DNA of 38,839 nt from Bipalium vagum (taxonomy: Eukaryota). A program made the position numbers and the translations under genes. The stretch spans positions 1 to 38,839 of the forward strand of contig JBBMKC010075162.1 in the NCBI GenBank assembly GCA_037834085.1, read 5' to 3'. Shown here one piece after another: positions 27,100 through 37,249 of this stretch. Under the pieces are notes generated by a model, which was not told the origin of the DNA, did not search any database, and worked only from the letters and a program-made list of their open reading frames with translations. Numbering within the stretch: position 1 is the stretch's first letter; every line of letters starts with the position of its first letter.

Positions 27100-27700
27100 T
27101 AAAATCCTGTTGTTCTCCAAAAATTATTTTTTAAATGTGTCCTTAAAATTATTTGTCGAAACTTCTTTCTTTAATCAATTCTTAATTACTTCACAATAAC
27201 TTTAATTACTCAATAACCCAAATATACTCTGAAGATTATCTAAAATTTCTTCAGCAAATTTTTATTAAAATAACTTCAGATAAAAAAATATTAACTTACT
27301 ACTTTTCAAAAACTAACTTCAACTTTTTCCAACTTGACTTTTTTTACTACTTTTAACTACTTCAAAAGTTGGTTCTGATTTCGGACAGGAGCAAAAATTT
27401 CTTTTATCACTCTCCAGAAAATAGAGATTATTGCTAGAAACTAAAAAAACTAATTACCAGAAATCATCTCTTCCTTTAACTAAATTACAAATAATTCATT
27501 CCCTTTTGGTTTCATTATATGAGAACTATATTTATCAAATGAGGAAATACTTTCTCTCTAAACAATTCCTTTGTATATGTATTTTATTTTCCAATCATCC
27601 GATTTTCGAATTAATTAGCTTTTCTCCTTTAACTTATTTGCATATCAACCTAATAAACAAATATCTTTTAAGCTTTGGGGTTTTAGTTTGTTTAGGTTAA
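27100..27700 (-). pseudogene. Decayed intronless ORF remnant with a BC-box-like motif
   Basis: Purine-rich minus strand; begins NLNKLKPQSLKDICLLG. Confidence 0.25.
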
Positions 27701-28284
27701 CTGAAAACTTAATAATACCTTTCCAAAACTTAACGTGGCTCGTTTATTTATCAGAAAGATTTAGAGTGTGTTACGTTCGGCTTATATGAGAGGTTGCGTT
27801 TATTTATTTTATTTTTTAATCGACTGGGTAACTGTAAGTTGCGTCTAAATAAACAATAGTTTTTAATCAATTCGTAAACGTGACTTTCAATAAATAAAAA
27901 TTCGATCACTAAGTCAAATCAAGACAATTTTTATAATTTTAAAAAATTTATTTAAATATAGATGTAAAACTTTGTTGAACAAATAAAATTTTACTAGTAA
28001 ATCCCGGAGAAGAGTCAGAATATTATTTACGATCTTCGCTATCCTAGCCTCAAGAGCCATCAAAAGTAAAAAGCGCCTCTCCGCCCTACTTGACGTTGAG
28101 AAGGCAAAAAAATAAATAATGGAAGAACAAAGAGTTACAAGTTATTTGATGTTTTCCAAAGTACTCGGGGATCATTTCCGGTTACTTCGAATTAATTATT
28201 TAACTTAATTATTTACTAACTTGTAATCAAGTTAGAAATTGAATTATCCAATTTGGAATCAAATTGCAATTCTCAAAGTTTATA

Positions 28285-28790
28285 TTAATTACAAATAACT
28301 GAAAAATTACTTAAATATACTGAAATTTCCTCGCTGTATGATAATCTTTGTAGATCCTGACCTCTAGTATATCCAGTTGGATTAAGAATTAATTGTCGGA
28401 CTGATTTATCTGGTTTCGCACAGTGTAACTGATTTTTGCTTTGTCGAATCGAATATCGGGTTTCCTCAATTGTCAAGTCGAATGAATATTTCTTTATGGC
28501 CTAATTATATAACTGCTTTTGGATGAATATCTTCCTTGCGAGATTTATGGTTTGACTAATTGTACTCCGATTCTCCTGGCTATTCTAAATTGTCTGCCGC
28601 TTGACTCTTCTCGTGGAAGCTTTTATAGTATTAACGGCTCTGGTAAATTGATAGTATCTGTCAATTATATCGAGAATGGATATCGGCTTGTCCGACTCAA
28701 TTGGTAATTGGAGATGCAAATAATTTTCTTTTGGTCAGTTCTGGTAACTTGACACTCTGAATTTTTCTGCTATTTTTCTTCTGCTTATTT
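28285..28790 (-). pseudogene. Decayed intronless ORF remnant, unknown product
   Basis: A frame of about 150 codons with two TAG stops (LPIESDKPISILDIIDRYYQFTRAVN...) running into track ORF 28285-28476. Confidence 0.35.
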
Positions 28791-30819
28791 GAATAAATCT
28801 TTTATATTTATACTAAATTTTTTATTTATTTTTATTTATAGTAACTTTAATATACTATTATTATTTTATTGTGACTATTTAGTTAATTTTAATATCACTT
28901 TTTATTTTAAGTAATAATTTTTGTTATTTATTCTAATTTTAGAATTATTTTTAATTTCTTCCATATTTTTTATGAATTTTATTTATATTTTAATTATTTA
29001 TTTAATTTTAAATATTTCACCGGATTTACTAGTAATTAAAATATTTTATATACATTTACTAAAGCGTTATAATAATTACATCTTGATACAGGTTATACAG
29101 ATTTATCATGCAAAGGATTTCACAAAAATTAAATCACATCAGAAATGTTGAATTATCAAAAGATATTGAATTTGGATCATATACAAGTCACATAAGGGTT
29201 CTTTTTTATTTTTTGTCTTCCGATCGTTGGCCTGGGAGTCCCCACATATCCATTAGGACCACTGTTGATCCCTTATCTATTAACGAAGCTTACGCAGAAA
29301 AAAATATTATTTTATTATTGTTTTTTATTAATTATTATTGATTTATCACACACTTCCCAACAAAGATACTAGAAAAAATATTTTAAATTGTTTCACTTCG
29401 ACCAAAAATTGGGTAACAAAAGACCCATGTAGCGTAATATTACTTAAAATAATCCAAAAATGATCACAATTTTGATGAATTTGTGGAAGTCCAAGAGAAA
29501 GAAAAATAAAAGCAATTAAAAATCAAAAAGCTAATCAATAATAAAAAAAATTCAATTTTAATTTGGTTTTATAACGGGTTTATAAATTTCATATGATTTT
29601 TGTTTCATTGGCTATGCGATTTTAGTTTCTTTCATATTAAATGTAATTTTAGATTCTCAAAGATTTATAATAATATGTGATTTTTTTCTCAAAATATTTT
29701 TTTATTAATAATAAAATAATTTAAATTGAAAGAAATAATAAGAAAACTTGAATCTGTGATCGCAATTTTCAGGTTGTCTAGAATAATGGAATTAAAATCA
29801 AAATCAAAAAACTTACAGAATAGTTCGAGTTATAGTAGTTCGAGTCACAGTCGCACTAGGTCGAAGCTAACATAAAATAAAAAAGTACCTTTATAAAAGT
29901 TAAAATAAATAACAAATTAAACTTCTATAAGTAAGATAAATTAATAAAAAAATAAAAAATATAACAAATCAGAATAAGGTAAAAATAAACACAAGAACTG
30001 ATAAAAATATGTGATCACAAATAATTTTGACTCAAAATTTAAGCGTTTTTTTTATTATATCTCAAAGTTAAATTTGATTTAAAATAATATTAGAATTTAT
30101 TAAAACTCATTGATATTATAAACATAATAAGATTTAAATAAATTATTACACTATCACATATTACTTCAGTACGCAGAAGGTACATAAGATTTCCTGCTCC
30201 TACTTTGTTTAATAATTGCTTCTAGTTTATTCTTTTTGTTTTAGTTTCCGACATTTATGACCTACTGAAATAGTCACCCGACTGGTTATTTTACTTCAAG
30301 GGCGTCTACACTCTTCCTATTATAGATTGATTTCTGCTTACAATTAAAATATAATTGTCAATTTGATTCAGAGTGAAATATTACAATCTATCATTTTGAA
30401 ATTTTTCGTAAAAGAAAAGTGAACATTCATCGCTTCATACCCATGATCAAAACGCTCAGTATAGACTTACAACCTCTTCAAAATTTACAAAGACCTGAAG
30501 TAATGTTAAAGGCCAAGGCTCAGGTGTCGAGAAGGATAAAATGTCTCAAGGGTCACTTATATTTATGACGACACTTTCGAAACTGAAATTGGCCTGAGGT
30601 ACATGGCTCAGTATCAGAAGGTAAAAATGGGGACTGAAGTGTATCTTTTTATAATTATAGTGTTTCTCTTGTATATTATATAAAAATTCTTATTATTTTA
30701 GTGATAGTTTAAATGTGTATCTATCATATTTACTTTTTCTGAAAGGATTGTTCGTAAGAATTCAACTCACACTAAAACATTTTTGTATTTATTCCTAAAT
30801 TTTATATAGGGTATCTTCT

Positions 30820-31400
30820 TTACCTACCTGTGATATATTTATTATGAGTTTGCAAATAGGATATATGGAATATGTACACTAATGGCGACTTGAGATAATT
30901 ATGAACAGTCATTATGAATGTGTCATTTTGCCACTTTACCTGAATGCTCATCCATATCAAGTCATTACAGTCACTGAGACGCTGAGATTTTTTCTTGTGA
31001 CTCAATTAATAAGGAATCCATCGATTATGCTTCTACACTTTGAGAATATGATGAAAATGGTTTGCAAGTCTTAGATTGAACATGGAGAAATTTGGTAAGT
31101 TCACATAATCTTTGAGAGGAATCAGATTAAATCTGCTCTTTTAGAACTTCATTATCAACATCCTTCATGAGATTTATCTTCAATTCTAAAATCTCTGGAA
31201 CAAAAACCTGCATAAAGCTGAACCGTGTGTTCTGTAACAGTTCATTGTCATCGACCAAAGTGTATTAGGCAGTAATTTCAACAAAGTAACATTATTCTTT
31301 TACACTTTGCGTGATCTCATCCAAGAATTGTTAGTCCCACCTAACAAAAAATGTTTCATTGATATCGGAATATAACTTCATATTGCCAACAATTGATCTA
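30820..31400 (-). pseudogene. Decayed gene-like segment (putative orphan family, copy D)
   Basis: Long broken frame containing VPEILELKINL.../NLIPLKDY, with spacing similar to KEISEILISI...SLIPTKDY at 12.4 kb; splice-like sites at both ends. Confidence 0.3.
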
Positions 31401-32916
31401 GTAGTTACCTCATAAAAATCATTGACATTTCCAAGACTAAAAGAAAGTATACAAAATACCTTATGTTGTAAATTCGGTTCATTATAATTATTTTCTATTG
31501 GTAATAAATTAGTGTAAAGATATTCGACTTGTAACTCAAAATCTAATGGAAAAGAAATGCAAATAAAATATAACGTTATTCAAACTTCTGCACAAAACTG
31601 TATTTTGAAGTTAAACATTTAAATTTTATTGATATTATCTAAGACATCAATTTTTTTGGTTTGAAAATAATACCACCTATCAAACACTTCAAATAATTAA
31701 TATTTAAAATGGTTCGATTTTTTTAGAGTAAAATTTTTTCACATAAAAATATCACTGAATATCGATAGATTTTCATAAAACATACTAAAAATGAATTTCG
31801 ACAATTTATTTTTCTTCAGGTAAAAATTGTTCTTTAATTTCAATATTCCTTTATTCCTGTTAACTGATTTAAAATTCTGTTTTCTAAATATTTCACATAA
31901 ATATTTAAAAACTAATTCTAAATAATCAAATTTTAAAACATAAAGTAATAATGATTATATTTAAATATAGTTGTTATGGTTCATAAGTACTAAAACAAGA
32001 ATGATAATCATAATATAATTGCTATTAAACATTAAAATCACAAAGATATTTCATTTTGTTGAATAATGACTTATTTTTATGTGTAAGAAAAATTAGAGAA
32101 AAAAATATTTAACCGAAATGGTTATAAATATAAAAAAGATTAAGGTAAGACCTTTACCACTAATTTTTATTTAAGAATAGTATTTGCAATGTAGTTAAAG
32201 AAGTGTGTAGAAAATAAGGTTTTCGCTAATTAAATGAAGAAACAAGACATTTCAAACTCCATCAGGTATCAAACCATGTAGCAAATTTTAAAACAGAAAC
32301 AAGAAATACATTATACCAAAGAAAATTTCACGATCAAAGTCTAAATATTGAATCGGCGTTATCAATACATCATTAACCCTTAACAATATTATAAGTCAAT
32401 AAATTTTGTTTAACTAATTATCGCTCCGATTTTAAAAGTATTGACTTCAACCAAAATTACTTACACAAATTGATCATAAAACACTAGCGAATTTGTTTTT
32501 TTAAATTAATTTAATTGCCATTTTTAAGACTAAGATTTTGTTTATTAAGCAATTTTGAGTAATTTAAATTAAAACCTGGTCCTAATTTTAAGCTGTCAAC
32601 CCAGCAGCCTTACCCAAACTTACCTATTAAACTTATTTCTTTAATATACGGCAAACCCTGATTAATACGGATTGTCTGTTGGCAAGAAATTTAGCATGAC
32701 GATTGAATGCGTCATAATTAGTCTTTTAATCATGCCCCTATTATTATTTTTATTTTCGAAAGGTTGTGTTAATATTTTTAAATAATAATTTAAAGACCAC
32801 GTAATCAAAATAATAAGTACCACAAAAAACAATTCAAAGGAACTCGGAATCAAGAAGAATTCAAAAAAAACGGAATCGTGAAAGCCGATCAGGCATCATG
32901 GAATGAATAATTACAC

Positions 32917-32922
32917 TTTATT
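32917..32922 (-). promoter_or_regulatory. Polyadenylation signal of the USP gene
   Basis: AATAAA on the minus strand about 27 nt after the TGA stop. Confidence 0.55.
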
Positions 32923-32948
32923 TCAGATACAAAAACCAAAATTAATAT

Positions 32949-34680
32949 TCAACTGTTCTGACAAACGACCTGCTTTGAGTTGCAACTTATAGACGGAGCC
33001 GTGACATTATTAAACGAGTTTTTATCTGAAAATTCAGTTGGCTGCTGCTGTCTTTCCCCGTTCTTTTTTAAAATCTGCGTCATTCCATGAGAACTGGTCT
33101 GAGACGCCTTGAAGTCGCACTTTCTTCGCTTGAAAGACGACGAACCGTTTCTGTGATGATAGTACATAGACGAAAGCGATTTGTCGGACAGCTTTCGCTT
33201 GAGGTCCGCGGAAGGACCGGTAGTGGTAGTGATGTGCTTGGTCAGGAAGCCATTTTTAATGAGACTGGATTGATGATTGTGTTTTGATTCAACAGATTTT
33301 GACCGATTCACCGACTTCACGGACGTTTGGGTGAAAATGTAGATATAACTTGAGTTTTTCATTGACATCATAGCTTGGAGCTCGTTGATTTTAGTCACCA
33401 TACTGTCACTTATGCGATGCCATTGGCCGCCCAGTTTAGATATGCACTCGTAGTGACCGCTGGAAAGCGAGTTACCCAAGTGGATTACTACTGCTGCGAT
33501 CTCATATGTGACACTGGTACGGTTGCCTTGGGTATCGATGTAAGGAAGTTGGATATGTTTGCAGAACTCGACGTCGCGAACATTCTTTGAGCTATTGAAG
33601 AAACTGTGTTTAAACCTGAAAATAAACAAATCAAATGTCAGCCAATACTATAAACGAGAAAGAATTTTAGGAAGTTACCTTTTTAAACAACAAATGAAAG
33701 ATTTCGGTAATGAAGTAAAAACGGCGTCCATCTGAGCTGAACCGTTGGTGATTTTACAATTATCACATTTGAAATTGTTGTTCTGTGTTTTGAGTGCCAT
33801 ATTTAGCATAACCGGAAGATTATGTGCCAATTCGAGAAAAAATGTCAATTCTTCTTGAATTTGGGGAGACTTGATGTTTGACTTCTTACACTTACTACAA
33901 TAATAACGACAATCGTAAAACGGTGCGTAAGTCTTTCGTACAGGGTTATTTTGTCCTTTATACGTATCGATTTTATCAAATTCTTCTCTCAACCGATCCA
34001 GAAATCCATTGAGAAATTCCTGAGCATCCTCTTGAGCACCGTTTCGAAAGTTCTTGCTAAAATCTAATATGCCGTGGATCAGATGATTCGTTGTCATGAG
34101 AAAAAGCACTTACATTTTAGACTTCTGATATGGCTGATAGGTGTCCAGCAGTCTGATTTATTTTCTAACTTATCCAGATACAAGTTAAATAATTCAATTG
34201 CTGGATAATTAAATTTTCTGGCATTTCGTAATGATGATTTTAATTCTTTATTAATGGTTGGCAAAAGAGCTTGTATTGAAGAGTTAATATAACAGTTATT
34301 TCCATTGTTAAATAATCTTAAAGGTGTTTTATATAAAATAATAGGTTCTTCTTTTTTCACTGTAATTTTAAAATTTTATTTAAATGACATACATTTATTG
34401 AAATTACCATTTTCCTTTGTTGTTCCACTATATTCTGTTGTTATCACTTTTAAAAGATCTGAAGATTGTAATTTACTTTTCTTGAAATTGAGGTTAAGTT
34501 TAAAATCTTCAATATTCTTAGATAATATTGTTATATATTTTCCATTTGGATAAATAAATGAACAGTTTTTATTTTCCTAAAAAAAGAGAGACTATTAAAA
34601 TGTTACTTATTCAATTAGAAAAGATTAAAGGTTAAAATAAAATGTTATATCAAATATAAAAATATATATCTATAAACCAT
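32949..34680 (-). CDS. Ubiquitin carboxyl-terminal hydrolase (USP/C19 family; divergent, USP36/42-like architecture), about 489 aa
   Basis: Spliced model: 34680-34678 (ATG only, tentative), 34576-34408 (alternative donor ends the exon at 34393), 34359-34114, 34063-33679, 33615-32949. All introns are GT-AG and phase-consistent; total 1470 nt. Motifs: Cys box LFNNGNNCYINSSIQAL, QEDAQEFL, CSKC/CDNC zinc ribbon, LKRF, His box YEIAAVVIHLG..SGHY, WHRISDS; basic C-terminal tail (KRK...KRRK). Confidence 0.93.
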
Positions 34681-36169
34681 AAAATTTCACGCGAAATTCT
34701 TAATTTAGTATTTGTTGATATTAACGGATATTAAAACAATTTTGCATAATAATTATGTATATTAAAAATTTGAATTTAAATTTATTAAAATCTATGACAC
34801 GTTTATATGATATTTAATTAATTTTAATTCAAGTTATTAATTTTTATATTTTAATCAAGATTAATAAAATAATTAAATATTGACAATAATTATTTATAAT
34901 AGCTAAAACTAATGAATTCTTCATTGCATACTATTTCAAAGTATATATTAATAAAGTTAGAAGGAGCATCTACAAGGTCATTAAAAAAGGCAAGAGAGAT
35001 AATATCGCCTAAAAACCAAGAAAGAAAAATAAAAATAAAAGAAGAATAATTTAAATTTTATTTAATGAGGATTAAATTTATAATTTAAAAATTTTTTAAG
35101 TAATATATTATCATGTCATGTATTAAGTATAATAGTAAATGTAAAATTATTGAATAATAAAGTTAAATTCTTTTAATTAAAATAAATTTATAGATTTCTT
35201 AAATATCTCTTTAAATTAATTTCAATAAAAATTTTATTAAATATCTTAAGATAATTAGTTTATTTAATTATTAAATAAAAGAAAAGCACTTTTCGGCTAC
35301 TTAATTATTTTCATTACTTAAAAATTACATTCAATTTTGGCTTAATGAGTTCAAACTATACCGATAAGTGACAATAACTACCAATTAAGAATGTTCTTTA
35401 TATTCAAAAACTGCAACAGATTTAAATAAAAATGAACTAGTTATTTTCCTTCAGGACATCTAAGCCCTTTCTAGAGTAGATTGAACTCTTCGTGGAAATA
35501 AAAATTATTGTCATTTTGATCACAAATAATTAGTTTTTAGTTGTAAAAAAACAAATTTGTAAATTATGATAATCAAAAAATAAATATTTTTAAAAATAGT
35601 GTTGTCTGTTAATTGGAATTTGCATTTGAAATTCTTTTGATTAATCTTTCAAATCTTTATTACATATCTTGAAGTCTTCCAAAGCCAACTAAATCCTTCG
35701 TTTAATTTGTTCTGAAAAATTTACCAAATCTTTGACATTCAACGTTTAGATACACTTTTGAAATATTTATTCTGTAATTCTGATTGAATTTCATATCAAT
35801 TTTTCTTTATAACTAAAATAGCTTGATTAAATTTAGATGTACGTCTTGTCATTTTGTAACTGAAGTAAATGCTTATAGCATTTAAATTTTAAAAATTTAA
35901 ATAATTATCTTACACTAATACTACTTCAACAATTTAGTTAATAATAAATACATAATTTTGAATTTGAGTTCCTAAAACACAAACCATATCAATAAATAAA
36001 TTATTAGTATATTTTACAAGAGGTGAACAAACTTTTGAAGAGTACTGTATTATGCAACAAATTTCAACATCTTCAACTTTGAATTTATTTAAATGTTCTT
36101 TAACACTATCTACAACTTCATTAATTTTAGGTAACACATTAATTATAAATAAAATACCATTTTTAATTA

Positions 36170-36969
36170 TTAAAGAAAATAAAAAATATCTTTAAAATAT
36201 AGTAGTCCAGATAAACCTAAACCAAATGATAAAGAATTATTTGAATTAACAGGTGATTTAAAATATCTACTAGAAAGAAAATTCCATTTTGAATATCCAG
36301 AATACATCAGTAAACGTTCTACCAAGTCAGTTAATATTAAACACACCTACTCACAAACAGACATGTAAAATCTTGTTTTTCCGACAAATATCCAATCAAA
36401 TGATCGCTCCTATAATTACTCGCCACACAAACGAACCAACGCAAGACACACAGACACATCAAGACACCCAAAGGTATCCGTCCGGTTGTTGGACTCCCTG
36501 CTGAACTTCCAATCTCGACACTACTACACGCTAAACTCAACAAGAGTATTATAAAAAATGAATGATAACCCAATTTCTTCAAACATTATAATATAACTAA
36601 ATATCTAAAGGATGTATTGTTTTTTTTTCAGAAAATATATTTGAGTGAAATTTTAGGATTTGAAAAAAAACGTTATACAGAAAGTAATTATGAATAAAAA
36701 CTGTTCAAAATTTCAATCATAAATAGAATTATGATTGAATTGTAATATTGTTGAAGGAGGATTTTATAATGGGGAAGGAGCAAATATTATTTTTGACTTT
36801 CCCTCGAACAATGTTTCAAGAGGACATAGAATTATTAAAAGGTCAAAATTATAATTAAACTACAAAACATATTAATGAAATAAAATGAAAGATATTTTCT
36901 AAGAAAAAGGAAAAAATACATTTTAATGGAGAAGAAATCAGTTTTAGTATTCATATAAAGCAGGTTTAA
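36170..36969 (+). pseudogene. Maverick/Polinton minor capsid (penton) protein, decayed and interrupted
   Basis: Frameshifted translation LSEILGFEKKRY...ISIINRIMIE/CNIVEGGFYNGEGANIIFDFPSNNVSRGHRIIKRS...HINEIK*KIFSKKKEKIHFNGEEISFSIHIKQV* matches the Polinton penton pattern LLGF...IxIxCNIVxGSYxNG...FxPNVxPGYKIIExP...IDFxGExIxxxLHxK. Confidence 0.85.
36270..36598 (+). mobile_element. Possible Penelope-like reverse transcriptase fragment inserted in the penton gene
   Basis: Distinct C/A-rich block; TRHTNEP...KTH..GIRPVVGLPAELPISTLL resembles the Penelope KTHK...IRPI[IV]S...P...IS..L motif; flanked by AAATATCTA at 36261-36269 and 36599-36607. Confidence 0.35.
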
Positions 36970-37249
36970 CCTGTTTAAAAACAAAGTTTACTTTACAAAC
37001 CGCACTTGAAACAAGTTTGAGTTTAAGAGATTAAACATTTTTTATAAAAAAATTGTAGAATTTTTGTTTTGTTAGTGAAATAAAATTTAATCATTATCTT
37101 AATTTATCACAAGTTATTAGAATTTTGTTATTACTTTTTTTTATTTTTATTTTATTATTATTATTTTATTACAAGTTTTTAGAAATTTCTTTTTTAATAT
37201 GATTTATATAAAGAAAAAGGTTATAATAAATTTAAAATTAAAAAAAATA

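Noticed and set aside
29820-29870. Repeated TAGTTCGAGT as a Tigger/pogo terminus
   Set aside because: No CTG-TA end or partner TIR found; too short to call.
30990-31400. Long minus frame interrupted only by TAA stops, suggesting TAA or TAR reassignment (ciliate-type code)
   Set aside because: The intact USP gene has no in-frame TAA/TAG in about 490 codons and encodes Gln with CAR; other relic frames contain TGA and TAG. Ordinary decay in an AT-rich genome explains it.
32540-32640. Possible spliced-leader RNA gene on the minus strand (GGTTTTAATTT..., GTAAGT)
   Set aside because: The leader-like sequence lies downstream of the donor rather than upstream, and there is no convincing Sm site or stem-loops.
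33087-34553. Plus-strand ORFs overlapping the USP gene
   Set aside because: Antisense shadows of USP exons.
32949-34680. USP as a Maverick-encoded viral gene
   Set aside because: It has canonical spliceosomal introns and a poly(A) signal, and it is intact while the neighbouring viral genes are heavily decayed, so it is best read as a host gene.
36958-36976. Near-palindrome over the penton stop codon as a viral hairpin termination signal
   Set aside because: Arms are only about 9 bp with a mismatch, too short to distinguish from chance.
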